Shown: one piece after another, positions 17,442 to 27,666 of the stretch
Layout of the letters: each line of letters begins with the position of its first letter
Position numbering within the stretch: position 1 is the stretch's first letter
Origin: a bacterium
GTDB taxonomy: Bacteria; Myxococcota_A; UBA9160; UBA4427
DNA length: 64,000 bases
Assembly: GCA_031413515.1 (NCBI GenBank)
Contig: JANOFF010000143.1
Location: 10,539 to 74,538 of the forward strand
Direction: 5' to 3'
Translations under genes and position numbers: made by a program
Notes under the pieces: model-generated
Told to the model about the DNA's origin: nothing
The model's database searches: none
The model's input: the letters and a program-made list of their open reading frames with translations, nothing else

Positions 17442-18176
17442 TCACGGTTTACGATCGCCGAACAGCGCCGTCCCGACGCGGATCCGGGTAGCACCCTCCT
17501 CGATCGCGATCTCGAAGTCGCCCGACATCCCCATATTGAGTTCGTCGAGCAACAGAGCTCCGGGATGGCCGCGGAGGGTATCGCGCAGACCGCGCAACTG
17601 CGCGAACGCGGCCCGCGCACGCTCGGGATCGGCGGCGGGCATCGTCATCAGTCCGACGACGCGCAGATGCTGGAGGGGTGCGCACGCAGCCAGCAATCCC
17701 GCCACCGATTCGGGCGGGATACCGGACTTCCCAGGCTCGTCGCTCAGATCGACTTGGACCGACACATCGAGCGTACGACCCAGCGCGGCGGCACGTCGAT
17801 CGAGTTCATGGGCCAGTGGCTCCCGGTCGAGCGTGTCGATCGCATCGAACAGTTCGACGGCGAGTCGGGCCTTGTTGCGCTGCAGGTTGCCGATCAGCCG
17901 CCAGCGTGGCAGGGGGACACCGTGGCGTTCGAGCAGCGCGGCGAGCTCGGGTTGCACGTCGCGCGCACCCTGGACGTAGTTCTCGGCGAGTTCTGCGACG
18001 CCGGCCATGACCACCGCACCGATCCGCTCGACCGGTTGGCGCTTGCACGCGCCGACGATCGTGACCCCGGCAGGATCCCTGCCGGCTCGACGGCAGGCCG
18101 CCTCGACTCGTGCGCTCACGGCGGCGAATCGCTCGGCGGCCGCGTCGAGTTCGTGGCACGAAATCGCGTCGATCAA
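17442..18176 (-). CDS. yggS: YggS-family pyridoxal-phosphate homeostasis protein
   Basis: 244 aa. The TTG start overlaps the maf stop. TIVGACKRQP...ENYVQ...WRLIGNLQRNKA...MGMSGDFEIAIEEGATRIRVGTALFG. Confidence 0.9.
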   Translation of the reverse strand: MIDAISCHELDAAAERFAAVSARVEAACRRAGRDPAGVTIVGACKRQPVERIGAVVMAGVAELAENYVQGARDVQPELAALLERHGVPLPRWRLIGNLQRNKARLAVELFDAIDTLDREPLAHELDRRAAALGRTLDVSVQVDLSDEPGKSGIPPESVAGLLAACAPLQHLRVVGLMTMPAADPERARAAFAQLRGLRDTLRGHPGALLLDELNMGMSGDFEIAIEEGATRIRVGTALFGDRKP

Positions 18177-18838
18177 GGGGTTGCCTGCCGCTCGCGGGCG
18201 CGTTCCAGCGCCGGCAACTCACGTCGAGCCCGTTCCAACAGCTCGCGTGTCTCATCGAGCGGAAGACCCATCACGTTCGTCTCACTGCCTTCGACTTCAG
18301 TCACGAAGCGGCGACCTCCCTCGCCCTGGATCCCGTAGCTGCCGGCCTTGTCGAGAGGTTCGCCGGTGGCCACGTAGGCCCGGATCTCCGCTTCGGTCGC
18401 CGTGCGCATCGTCACCTCCGACGTCACCGCGAGCGACCACGCATGGTCGAGACCCGTGCGAACCAGCGCCACACCGCTCACGACGCGATGACGGCGACCG
18501 GTCAGTCGTCTCAGCATGCGGTGTGCGTGTTCGGCGTCTTCGGGTTTGCCGAGCACATCGGAGTCGAGCACGACGATCGTGTCGGCGGCGAGCACCCAGC
18601 GCGGTGGCTGCGGCGCGAGCCGGGTGGCTACCACGAGGGCCTTTTCCCTCGCCAGCCGGAGCACCATTCCGGCTGGTTGTTCGCCCGCCAGTGGTCGCTC
18701 GTCGATGTCGGCGGGGATCACTTCGTGCGCGATGCCGGCGTGATCGAGAAGGTCACGTCGTCGCGGTGAGGCACTCGCGAGAACGATGATCTCGTTGGAC
18801 AGCCGATCGAGCCATTCCTGCCGCGGGTCGTGTGACAT
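18173..18838 (-). CDS. maf: Maf-family nucleoside triphosphate pyrophosphatase (septum formation protein)
   Basis: 221 aa. IIVLASASPRRRDLL...AADTIVVLD..VLGKP...DKAGSYGIQG. Confidence 0.9.
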   Translation of the reverse strand: MSHDPRQEWLDRLSNEIIVLASASPRRRDLLDHAGIAHEVIPADIDERPLAGEQPAGMVLRLAREKALVVATRLAPQPPRWVLAADTIVVLDSDVLGKPEDAEHAHRMLRRLTGRRHRVVSGVALVRTGLDHAWSLAVTSEVTMRTATEAEIRAYVATGEPLDKAGSYGIQGEGGRRFVTEVEGSETNVMGLPLDETRELLERARRELPALERARERQATP

Positions 18839-18930
18839 CGGGGTCGGGGGTACAACCCTCGCATCGGGCCGTCAAGCGGACGACCGTGACGAGCCTCGGT
18901 CCGCGTCGCGATGGGATAGCTTTCGACTCC

Positions 18931-19545
18931 ATGCTCAGGATGCGGATCATCGAAGCCCGATCGGGCGCAGCGGGCTCGGGGCAGCAGGTCCGGTGGCCGC
19001 TTCTCATGGGATGCCTGATCGTCATCGCGAGCGGGTGCACGACCGGCCGCTACACGACGTCCTCGGACAACCACTCCGAGCGACTCACGCATCGGCTCCT
19101 CGGCTACTCGATCGCGCAGCCGGGCTGGGTCGGTTCGGCCGACTGGCGGAGCATCGAAATCGAAGGCGCCGATCTGGCCTACGGAAGCGCCTCTGGCGCC
19201 GTGATCAGCCTCAGTTCGAACTGCTCGAATTCCCGCGCCACCCCCGCGGTGCTGGCACGCCAGGTCACGATCGGAACCGAGCGCAGCACGATCTACGCCG
19301 CCGGTCCATTCGAGGTCGCCGGCGCCGAGGGTTGGTCGCAGAGTTTCGACACGGTCGAAGACGGGGTCCCGCTGCACGTCAAGGCGGTCACCGTGGTCGC
19401 GGGAGCCTGCGTGTACGACTGGCTGCTGGTCGAGCGAGATCCGGTGGCGTTCGAGTCGATCGAGCCGGCCTTCGACGCGTGGGTCGGATCGTTCTTGCCT
19501 CCCCAGGCCCCGCCGGATGCCGCGCCGGGCGAGTCGAAGCCATGA
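18931..19545 (+). CDS. Putative lipoprotein, unknown function
   Basis: An internal ATG gives MLRMRII...RWPLLMGCLIVIASGC (lipobox IASGC). The stop overlaps the mlaE start (ATGA). The start is uncertain, and the ORF opens at 18832. Confidence 0.6.
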   Translation: MLRMRIIEARSGAAGSGQQVRWPLLMGCLIVIASGCTTGRYTTSSDNHSERLTHRLLGYSIAQPGWVGSADWRSIEIEGADLAYGSASGAVISLSSNCSNSRATPAVLARQVTIGTERSTIYAAGPFEVAGAEGWSQSFDTVEDGVPLHVKAVTVVAGACVYDWLLVERDPVAFESIEPAFDAWVGSFLPPQAPPDAAPGESKP

Positions 19546-20342
19546 AGTCCGCATCCTCCCGGCACGCGTCGATCGCCCGCCTCGGCGCCCGGGCGCTGAG
19601 CGTTCTCGAAGAGGTCGGGCAGTTCGGGCTGCTGGCGATCCGGACGCCGGGCGGGTTGCTTCGCCGTGGATTCCGCATGCGTGATGTCTGGGTGCAATTC
19701 GAGATGATCGCAGCGCGCTCCACCACGATCGTGTCCATCACGGCGCTGTTCACCGGCATGGTGCTGGCGCTGCAGACCGTCGACTCGCTGGCGCGGTTCG
19801 GCGCGAAGCCCTACACGGGGAGCTTCGTCGGTCTGGCCTTCGTGCTCGAACTCGGACCGGTCCTCACCGCACTGGTGGTCGCGGGCCGGGTCGGCGCGGG
19901 CATCACGGCCGAGATCGGATCGATGGCCGTCACGGAACAGGTCGATGCGATCCGCGCCATGGGGGCGGATCCGCTGCAGAAGCTGGTGCTGCCCCGGGTG
20001 ATCGCGGCGACGCTCGGGCTGCCGATGCTCGCCGTGCTGGCCGACGTGCTCGGGATGTCCGGCGGAATGCTGATTGCTTCGCAGGCCGGGATCGGGACGA
20101 ACTTCTACTTCCAGAGTGTCGTCAACGTGGTGGGGGTCGATGACCTGCTGAACGGTCTGGCGAAGACGTTCTTCTTCGGTTGGACGATCGCCATGGTGGG
20201 TTGTCACATGGGACTTCGCACGACGGGGGGCACCGTCGGCGTCGGGCGCGCGACCACGCAAGCCGTCGTGATCGCCTCGATCGCCGTGCTGGTCTCCGAC
20301 TTCTTCCTGACGAAGCTCCTGCTCGTCTTCCAGGCAGGCTGA
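19542..20342 (+). CDS. mlaE: MlaE-family ABC transporter permease
   Basis: 266 aa from the ATG at 19542. ...STTIVSITALFTGMVLALQ...ELGPVLTALVVAGRVGAGITAEIGSMAVTEQVDAIRAMG. Confidence 0.9.
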   Translation: MKSASSRHASIARLGARALSVLEEVGQFGLLAIRTPGGLLRRGFRMRDVWVQFEMIAARSTTIVSITALFTGMVLALQTVDSLARFGAKPYTGSFVGLAFVLELGPVLTALVVAGRVGAGITAEIGSMAVTEQVDAIRAMGADPLQKLVLPRVIAATLGLPMLAVLADVLGMSGGMLIASQAGIGTNFYFQSVVNVVGVDDLLNGLAKTFFFGWTIAMVGCHMGLRTTGGTVGVGRATTQAVVIASIAVLVSDFFLTKLLLVFQAG

Positions 20343-20353
20343 GGTCCTCCGGC

Positions 20354-21238
20354 ATGCACGACATCGAACAGACGATGCGCGGACCCGAACCGGGACTGCA
20401 GGCGCGGGCGGAGCACTTCGTCGAACTGCGCGGCGTGCACAAGGCCTTCGGTCCGAAGCAAGTGCTGCGGGGTGTCGACCTGGCGATCCGCACCGGTGAG
20501 ATCTTCACGCTGCTCGGCGGTTCCGGGACCGGCAAGTCGGTGATGCTCAAGCACATGATCGGTCTGATGCGACCCGATCGGGGGCAGGTGATCGTCGAGG
20601 GCCGGGACACCAGCGGGTTCCGCGAGCGGGATTGGGTCGAGGTGCGACAGCAGATCGGCTTCGTGTTCCAGGGCGCGGCGCTGTTCGACTCGCTGTCGGT
20701 CGCCGACAACATCGCCTACGCGCTGCGCGAGCACCGCCGGCCGACGGGTCGCGAGGTCGCCGATCGAGTCGCCGAGTGCCTCGCAGCGGTCGGTCTCACT
20801 GGCATCGAGCACCTGATGCCCGCCGAACTCTCGGGGGGAATGCGAAAGCGGGTCGCCGTCGCCCGGGCGATCGTCCTCGAACCGAGAGCGATCCTCTACG
20901 ACGAGCCCACGACGGGTCTCGATCCGACGAATTCGAAACGCATCGGTCAGTTGATCCAATCACTTCAGACACGGCTCGGGGCGACGTCGATCATCGTCAC
21001 CCACGAACTCGATCTGTGCTTCGCGATCTCGGACCGCATCGGTCTGCTGGCGAACGGGCAGATGGTGGCTTGCGGAACGCCGGACGAGATCCGGGCGTCG
21101 GAGCGCGCCGAGGTGCGGGCCTTCCTGTCCGCCGGGCCGAGTCTCGAAGCCGACAATGTATGGATCACGCAACCGGAGAGGGAGACCCACTCCGGTGCTG
21201 CCGGATCGGCACGAAAGGGGAGGGAAGATGGAGCGTGA
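20354..21238 (+). CDS. mlaF: MlaF-family ABC transporter ATP-binding protein
   Basis: Walker A GGSGTGKSV, signature LSGGMRKRVAVARA and Walker B ILYDEPTTGLD. Confidence 0.9.
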   Translation: MHDIEQTMRGPEPGLQARAEHFVELRGVHKAFGPKQVLRGVDLAIRTGEIFTLLGGSGTGKSVMLKHMIGLMRPDRGQVIVEGRDTSGFRERDWVEVRQQIGFVFQGAALFDSLSVADNIAYALREHRRPTGREVADRVAECLAAVGLTGIEHLMPAELSGGMRKRVAVARAIVLEPRAILYDEPTTGLDPTNSKRIGQLIQSLQTRLGATSIIVTHELDLCFAISDRIGLLANGQMVACGTPDEIRASERAEVRAFLSAGPSLEADNVWITQPERETHSGAAGSARKGREDGA

Positions 21239-22190
21239 AGGACGCCTCGCGCTGGTGGTCGGGAGCTTCCTGATCGTTGTCTTCGTGGCACTCGCTGGCC
21301 TGATCCTGTCGCTCACCGCCGAACGGGGTCTGTTCGTCGCGAACTATCGACTCGTGGCGCGCTTCCAGAACGTGCAGGGCCTGTTGCCCGGCGCCCCCGT
21401 GTGGCTCGCCGGCAAGGACGTGGGTGTCGTCGAAACCGTCCGGTTCGAACCCATCGGCGCAGAGCTCCCCGTGCTGGTGACGCTGGGAATCGATCCGGAA
21501 GTGCAGAGCCACATCCGCGACGATTCGATCGCCACGATCGGAACCATCGGTGTGCTCGGCGACAGTTACGTCGAGATCAGCGTCGGCAGCGCCGGCGCGC
21601 GCATGCTCGAGGGCGGGGAGCAGATCCACGCGACCAGCCCGATCAATCTGAACGTCGCGCTCGAGAAGGGGACCCGCGCGCTCGACAACGTCGCCACTCT
21701 GGCAGAGAACATCAACGACGTGATCGAGCGCTTCGATTCGGAGGAGGGGAGCACGCGGGTCGCGGATGCAGTCGGCGCGGCCAGCGGCCTGCTCGTGCAG
21801 ATCCAGAAGGGCCCCGGTCTGCTCCACAGCCTGATCTACGACGACTACGAGGGGTCGGGGATCGAGAGCGCCGAGCGTTCCCTGGCGCTGCTCGAATCGA
21901 TCCTCGACGAGGTCCGCAGCGGTGACGGGATCCTCCACACCCTGATCTTCGACCCTCCGCGGGAGCAGGATCTGGTCATGCAGGCGGTGTCGGCCGGCGC
22001 GCGATTGAACAGCATCCTCGAAAAAATCGACCGCGGTGAAGGAACACTCGGGCTGCTCGTCAACGATCCGACGGTCTACGACGAGCTGCAGCAGCTGCTC
22101 GGTGGAGCGCGGCGCAGTCTCGTGCTCCGTTCGATGGTTCGGCTGGCGATCGACGAAGAAGACGGCAAGAGCGCGCCGAAGTCGAAGTGA
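21228..22190 (+). CDS. mlaD: MlaD/MCE-domain protein
   Basis: The ATG at 21228 is preceded by GGGAGGGAAG. A TM anchor is followed by the MCE domain (FQNVQGLLPGAPVWLAGKDVGVVETV). Confidence 0.85.
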   Translation: MEREGRLALVVGSFLIVVFVALAGLILSLTAERGLFVANYRLVARFQNVQGLLPGAPVWLAGKDVGVVETVRFEPIGAELPVLVTLGIDPEVQSHIRDDSIATIGTIGVLGDSYVEISVGSAGARMLEGGEQIHATSPINLNVALEKGTRALDNVATLAENINDVIERFDSEEGSTRVADAVGAASGLLVQIQKGPGLLHSLIYDDYEGSGIESAERSLALLESILDEVRSGDGILHTLIFDPPREQDLVMQAVSAGARLNSILEKIDRGEGTLGLLVNDPTVYDELQQLLGGARRSLVLRSMVRLAIDEEDGKSAPKSK

Positions 22191-23093
22191 TCAGGCGAGC
22201 CGCCAGGCAACCTCCGTCGGGGCGGCGTCCGCGGGACCCGCGCGACGGACGCGTCCCTCGCGCTCGAGCTTCAGCAAGTGGGCTCCCACCGACTGGCCTG
22301 CCGCCGCGTGCAGCGCCACGGGATACGCGGCATAGATGATCGCCACGACGGCGGCGATGCGGTCCGATCCGTCGCCGAGCGCCGCGAGGATCTGCTCGTC
22401 GCGCAGCAGCCGATGGGCGATGTACTCGCGGATCTTCGCGATGCCGTCGTCGATGCGAGGCCCGTGCGCGGGAAACAGCACGCGCGGCGATTCACCGAGC
22501 AGGCACTCGAGGGATCGCATGTACTGGCCGAGATCACCGCTGTTGACCGGGATCACGGTGGTTCCGACGCCGAGTACGTTGTCGCCGGTGAAGATCGCCT
22601 CTTCCTGCTCGAGCACGAAACAGAGGTGATCGGGTGCATGACCCGGCGTGTGGAGTGCTCGCAAAGTGGCGCCCTCGGTCTCGACGACATCTCCGTCGTG
22701 GATCCCGTGGATCTCGAGATCGTAGGGGGAATCGAAGGCCGGGTATCCGAGCTTCGTGATGCGCAGCGCCCCGAAGCGTTCCATCACGGAGGCGGCGCCA
22801 CCGATGTGATCCGGATGGCCGTGGGTGAGCACGATCTCCTGGATGCCGGTGCAGCCCGCGTGATCGAGTGCTTGCTCGAGCACGGGCAGATATGCGGGTC
22901 GTCCATCGCCGGTGTCGAGCAGGATCCGCCGCGGGCCGGTTCCGACCAGATAGGTGTTCGTGCCCGGTCCGGTGAAGGGGCCGGGATTCTGTCCGAGCGC
23001 CGTGACGACCCGATCCGACCAGGTCGCGAAGTCCGGCATCTGCAGTCCCAGCATCACGGGCGGCTTGCCGAGATCTCCGCGGCTGCCTGCCAT
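22191..23093 (-). CDS. MBL-fold metallo-hydrolase (LACTB2-like)
   Basis: The THGHPDHIGG motif, ...HTPGHAPDH... and a C-terminal winged-helix-like tail. Its stop abuts the convergent mlaD stop with no intergenic base. Confidence 0.85.
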   Translation of the reverse strand: MAGSRGDLGKPPVMLGLQMPDFATWSDRVVTALGQNPGPFTGPGTNTYLVGTGPRRILLDTGDGRPAYLPVLEQALDHAGCTGIQEIVLTHGHPDHIGGAASVMERFGALRITKLGYPAFDSPYDLEIHGIHDGDVVETEGATLRALHTPGHAPDHLCFVLEQEEAIFTGDNVLGVGTTVIPVNSGDLGQYMRSLECLLGESPRVLFPAHGPRIDDGIAKIREYIAHRLLRDEQILAALGDGSDRIAAVVAIIYAAYPVALHAAAGQSVGAHLLKLEREGRVRRAGPADAAPTEVAWRLA

Positions 23094-23095
23094 GA

Positions 23096-24478
23096 CTATT
23101 CTCCTGCCACCGTCATGCGGGCGACGCGGATCGGCGGCGAAGCCACCCGTCCGCGCCACACGAGCTCGGAGCCGATCGCGTCGATCTGGTTCAGCATCGT
23201 GGCCAGATTGCCGGCGATCGTGATCTCCTCGACCGGGTAGGCGAGTTCACCGTTCTCGATCCAGATGCCGCTCGCGCCACGTGAGTAGTCGCCGGTCGTC
23301 GGGTTGAACCCCATTCCGATCAACTCGGTGACGAGCAGGCCGCGCGGTGTCGAAGCGATGATCTGCTCGAGATCGAGGAGCCCCGGCTCGAGCCAGAGAT
23401 TCGTCGTCCCGACGCCGGGACCGCTGCCCGCGCCCCGCGACGCATTGCCCGTCGAAGGCATTCCGAGCTTCCTGCCCGAGTACGAATCGAGCAGCCAGGT
23501 CTGCAGGACTCCGTCCTGCACGATCACGTTTCGGCGCGTCGGCAGGCCTTCGCCGTCGAAGGGCTTGCTGCCGAGGCCGCCCGCCATCCTTCCGTCGTCG
23601 ATCAGCGTGAAGCCGTCGACGGCGATCTTCTGGCCGAGCTTCGAGCCGAGGAAGCTGGCCTCGCGGTAGACCGTGTAGCCGCTGACGCAGCTGGCCAGCT
23701 GACCGAGCAGGCTCGGTGCCGTCAGCGAATCGAAGATCACCGGGACCTCGGTGGTCTTGACGCGCCGGGCCCCGAGGCGCCGGACGGCCCGCTTCGCCGC
23801 GCTTCGCCCGACGACCGCTGCGTCCTCGAGCTCGGCCAGGCGTCGCGACACCGTCATCCAATAGTCGCGCTGCATCGACTCGCCCTGCTTGGCGAGGGGT
23901 TCGCAGAAGAGCGCATGGTGGGCGCTCTCATAGTCGCCGATGAAGCCGCGACTGTTGCCGTACACGATCCGGCTCCAGTCCGAACTCGCCTGACTGCCCT
24001 CGGAGTTGGTGATGCGCGGATCGAAATCACGCGCCGCCTGCTCGGCGCGCCTGGCGTCCTCGATCCGCGCTTCGACCGCCACGTGACGATCGCCCGGATC
24101 CGCGAGTTCGAGATCGGGCCAGTCGCTCGCCGAGTCCTCCTCGGGCAGCCCGGCGTGCGGATCCGGCGCGATCGACCGCGCGAGGGCGACGGTTTCTTCC
24201 GCCATGCGATCGATTGCGTCGGGCGACAGATCGGAGGTGGACGTGATCGCGGTGGCGAACCCCGCGCCGCTTGCCACCAGGGCGCGGATGCCGAGACAGC
24301 GCTCCTGGGCCTGCTTGACGAAATCGATGGCCGCGCCGCGCACGCGTGCCTCTTTGCTGTCGGATACGACGAGCACGGCGTCCACCTGACTGGCACCGGC
24401 GCGCGTCGCGCGCTCGAGCGCCCGTTGGACGACGATCCGGCCCTCGATCGGATCCTCTGCGTTCGGACGGGCGCTCAT
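23096..24478 (-). CDS. pmbA: PmbA/TldE-family metalloprotease subunit
   Basis: The ATG at 24478 overlaps the tldD stop (ATGA). The 460-aa product matches the PmbA pattern (…GIWIENGELAYPVEEITIAGNL…). Confidence 0.88.
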   Translation of the reverse strand: MSARPNAEDPIEGRIVVQRALERATRAGASQVDAVLVVSDSKEARVRGAAIDFVKQAQERCLGIRALVASGAGFATAITSTSDLSPDAIDRMAEETVALARSIAPDPHAGLPEEDSASDWPDLELADPGDRHVAVEARIEDARRAEQAARDFDPRITNSEGSQASSDWSRIVYGNSRGFIGDYESAHHALFCEPLAKQGESMQRDYWMTVSRRLAELEDAAVVGRSAAKRAVRRLGARRVKTTEVPVIFDSLTAPSLLGQLASCVSGYTVYREASFLGSKLGQKIAVDGFTLIDDGRMAGGLGSKPFDGEGLPTRRNVIVQDGVLQTWLLDSYSGRKLGMPSTGNASRGAGSGPGVGTTNLWLEPGLLDLEQIIASTPRGLLVTELIGMGFNPTTGDYSRGASGIWIENGELAYPVEEITIAGNLATMLNQIDAIGSELVWRGRVASPPIRVARMTVAGE

Positions 24479-25944
24479 CCCTCGGTCCCCCCGACGGTCA
24501 GGTCGTCGATGCGCAGCGTGGGCAGACCGACTCCCACCGGCACGCCCTGTCCATCCTTGCCGCAGGTGCCGACGCCGCGATCGAGTGCGAGGTCGTTGCC
24601 GATCCGCGTGACCCGCGTCAGCACGTCGGGCCCGTTGCCGATCAGGGTCGCACCCTTGACCGGAGCGCCGATCTGGCCGTTCTCGATCAGGTAGGCCTCG
24701 CTCGCACTGAACACGAACTTGCCGCTCGTGATGTCGACCTGGCCGCCCCCGAACGAGACGGCGTACAGGCCACGGTCGACCGACCGCAAGATCTCCGCGG
24801 GGTCGTCCTGTCCGGCGAGCATGAAGGTGTTCGTCATGCGCGGCAGGGGCAGATGCGCATAGCTCTCGCGCCGGCCGTTGCCGGTCGGCTGCATGCCCAT
24901 CAGCTGTGCGTTGAGCCGGTCGTGCATGTAACCGACGAGCACTCCATTCTCGATCAGCACGTTGCGCTGCGAGGGTGTGCCCTCGTCGTCGACGTTGATC
25001 GAACCCCGTCGCTCGGGCAGCGTGCCGTCGTCGACCACCGTGACACCATCCGCGGCGACGCGCTGGCCGAGTCGATCCGAGAAGGCCGAGGTCTTCTTGC
25101 GATTGAAGTCGCCCTCGAGCCCATGACCGATCGCTTCGTGGAGCAGGATGCCCGGCCAACCGGGGCCGAGTACCACGTTCATCGTGCCGGCCGGACAGGG
25201 CACCGATTCGAGATTCAACCGGGCGATCCGTACGGCCTCACGGACGAGGTGGCGCCAGACCTCGGGCTCGGTCAATCGTTCGAGCGGGTAGCGGCCCCCC
25301 ATCCCCTCGTAGCCGATCTCCCGGCGCTCGCCGTCGGCGGCGATCACCTGGACGTTGAGGCGCACCAGTGGTTGCACGTCGCCGGCGAGGGTTCCATCGC
25401 TCGACGCGATCAACACGTGCCGGTGCTGACACACGATGCTCGCCATCACCTGCTTGATGGAGGGATCGAGGGCACGCGCGTAGGCGTCGATCTCGCCGAG
25501 CAACGAGACTTTTCGCCCGACCGGAACGTCGGTCGGCGCGGGCTGTACGGGATACAGATTGCGGCCCCGACCCGCGCCGCGCGTGACGGCCAGCGACCTC
25601 GTCTTGCCGGACTGCTCGGAGATCGCGCGTGCGGTCGTAGCGGCGAGCTGCGCGCTGTCGAGGCTGATGTCGTCGGAATGCGCGTAGCCCTGTCGCTCGT
25701 CGCAGATCGCGCGCACGCCGACGCCCTGCTCGACGTGCCGACTGCCGTCCTTCACGATGCTCTCTTCGAGCGAGACCGAGTCCTGGGTCGTGTACTCGAA
25801 GTACAGGTCCGCGTAGTCGACTCTGCGCTCGAGCGCGGTGCCGAGCGCCGCACCGAGCGCGCGTTCGTCGAGCCCGAAACGATCGCGAAAGAACGCGATC
25901 GCGCCGTCGGGCCCGTTTCCGGTTCGCTGCGCTGAATCGTCCAT
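24475..25944 (-). CDS. tldD: TldD metalloprotease
   Basis: The ATG at 25944 opens a 489-aa product with the HExxxH-type motif LLHEAIGHGLEGD and the C-terminus GTCGKDGQGVPVGVGLPTLRI. Confidence 0.9.
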   Translation of the reverse strand: MDDSAQRTGNGPDGAIAFFRDRFGLDERALGAALGTALERRVDYADLYFEYTTQDSVSLEESIVKDGSRHVEQGVGVRAICDERQGYAHSDDISLDSAQLAATTARAISEQSGKTRSLAVTRGAGRGRNLYPVQPAPTDVPVGRKVSLLGEIDAYARALDPSIKQVMASIVCQHRHVLIASSDGTLAGDVQPLVRLNVQVIAADGERREIGYEGMGGRYPLERLTEPEVWRHLVREAVRIARLNLESVPCPAGTMNVVLGPGWPGILLHEAIGHGLEGDFNRKKTSAFSDRLGQRVAADGVTVVDDGTLPERRGSINVDDEGTPSQRNVLIENGVLVGYMHDRLNAQLMGMQPTGNGRRESYAHLPLPRMTNTFMLAGQDDPAEILRSVDRGLYAVSFGGGQVDITSGKFVFSASEAYLIENGQIGAPVKGATLIGNGPDVLTRVTRIGNDLALDRGVGTCGKDGQGVPVGVGLPTLRIDDLTVGGTEG

Positions 25945-25984
25945 CCCTGTCCTTCTCGGGTCGACGGCGTGAGCCGCTGTGAGG

Positions 25985-26680
25985 TCAGCGGCCGAGGTTA
26001 GCGATCTGCCGGATGCGCGTCGGAAGGCTGTCGAGTGTTTCGGCCCCGCCGAGCAGCAGCGGCAGCAGGCCTGCGCGGCTCGCGCCCTTCCCATCCAGCA
26101 CGCGATCGTGCCCGACGTAGATGGATTCACCGGCCTCGACGCCGATCAACGCCAGCGCGGCCAGGAAGATCTCCGAATCCGGCTTGGCGGCACCACATCT
26201 CGACGGGATCATGATCACGTCGAAAAGTTGTGCGATTTCGAGGTCTTCGAGGATTCCGGGCAGGCGATGGTCGAAGTTCGAGATCACACCCGTGCGGTAG
26301 CCCCTCGCGCGCACGGATGCGATCGCTTCGCTGGCTCCGGCGCGCAACCGCCAGGCTTCGCCCCGACTGAAATGGTCGTAGATCTCGCCGAACAACGCGT
26401 CGAAATCGTCGAAGCGGACCGTGCTGTCTGCGGCCTGGAACGTCTGCCGCACGCGCTCTCGCCACCAGCTTCGCTCGAAGGCGACCGCTGCGTCACCCGT
26501 TTGCCCAGGCATCACGCGGGGGGTCGCGCTGCGCAGCACACGGCGAAACGCATCTTCGAGTCGCCAGGCGGGAAGTCGGATCCGATGCCGACTCGCGCAC
26601 TCCGCGTACGTCTGCCCGACGGGTTCGGCGGGATCGATCAGGACGCCGGTGGCATCCAGCATGACCGCACGGATCTTCAC
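25985..26680 (-). CDS. HAD-superfamily hydrolase (phosphatase-like)
   Basis: The GTG at 26680 overlaps the upstream stop (GTGA). Motif I is AVMLDATGVL. Further motifs are ...VISNFD... and ...AAKPDSEIF...YVGHD. Confidence 0.8.
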   Translation of the reverse strand: MKIRAVMLDATGVLIDPAEPVGQTYAECASRHRIRLPAWRLEDAFRRVLRSATPRVMPGQTGDAAVAFERSWWRERVRQTFQAADSTVRFDDFDALFGEIYDHFSRGEAWRLRAGASEAIASVRARGYRTGVISNFDHRLPGILEDLEIAQLFDVIMIPSRCGAAKPDSEIFLAALALIGVEAGESIYVGHDRVLDGKGASRAGLLPLLLGGAETLDSLPTRIRQIANLGR

Positions 26681-27666
26681 GCGGCGGATTCGCCCACGCC
26701 CGCCTCGGGGACCCGTGCACTGGCGATCAACGTCGCGGGGAGATCGCGACCGTGTGACTGCGAGGGGATCTCCTCGATCGCGATGCCGGTCAGTCCTGCG
26801 CCCACGAGCCAGCTCTCGACCTCGGCAGGATCGAAGCCCAGCCACAGCACACCGAGTTCCTGCTTCATCCACTCGTGCTCGTGGCGCACGAAGTCCACCA
26901 CCACGATGACCCCACCGGGTCGCACGATCCGGGCCATGTCCCGGATGACTTCCGACGGCGACGACACCGAGTGGAGCACCATGTGGGCGAAGGCCGCGTC
27001 GACGTCGTCGTCGTCGAGGGGAATCGCATCGGCTTCGCCGCGACGCAGTTCGACTCCTCCGCCGAGCGGCAGCACGAGTTTCGCGAGCTTGCTGCGTGCG
27101 GCGTCGAGCATCGGGGCAGAGCGATCGATCCCGATCACGTGGAGCCCGAGGCGGGCGAGTTCGCCGGCGAGGATGCCGGTTCCTGTACCGATGTCGGCCA
27201 CGCGCAGGCCCGGAGCCACGAGACGACCGACCGCCCGGGCGCGCAGCGCTTCGTCGTTGAACACCTGGCGCAGTGCGTCCCACTCGGGCCCGATCGCGTC
27301 GAAGAAGCTGCGGGCATGCTGACTGCGCGCCTCGATGACGCGCCGGAGCATCGTGTCGTCGCGATCCGATGTCGGGTCTGCGTCGAGTCGCGAGTGGACC
27401 AGCGCCCAGCCGTCCCGCCACGGACCTTCGGCGGGCGGCACGAAGCGATAGAACACGTAGGTGCCATCGCGCCGATCCCGCAGCAGGCCCGCTTCGCGCA
27501 GGATCGCGAGATGTCGCGAGACCCGGGACTGCGCCATCCCGAGGACTTCCATCAGTTCCTGGACGACGAGTTCCTCGCGCTCGAGGAGTCGGAGGATCCT
27601 CATGCGCGTGGGATCGGACAGTGTCTTGAAGACACGCTGCAGTTCTTCGGCGGCCGGAACCCTCAT
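26677..27666 (-). CDS. ArsR/SmtB-family HTH regulator fused to class I SAM-dependent methyltransferase
   Basis: LSDPTRMRILRLL...ELMEVLGMAQSRVSRHLAILREAGLL is the ArsR HTH. ADIGTGTGILAGELA is SAM motif I. The ATG overlaps the gspN stop (ATGA). Confidence 0.85.
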   Translation of the reverse strand: MRVPAAEELQRVFKTLSDPTRMRILRLLEREELVVQELMEVLGMAQSRVSRHLAILREAGLLRDRRDGTYVFYRFVPPAEGPWRDGWALVHSRLDADPTSDRDDTMLRRVIEARSQHARSFFDAIGPEWDALRQVFNDEALRARAVGRLVAPGLRVADIGTGTGILAGELARLGLHVIGIDRSAPMLDAARSKLAKLVLPLGGGVELRRGEADAIPLDDDDVDAAFAHMVLHSVSSPSEVIRDMARIVRPGGVIVVVDFVRHEHEWMKQELGVLWLGFDPAEVESWLVGAGLTGIAIEEIPSQSHGRDLPATLIASARVPEAGVGESAA

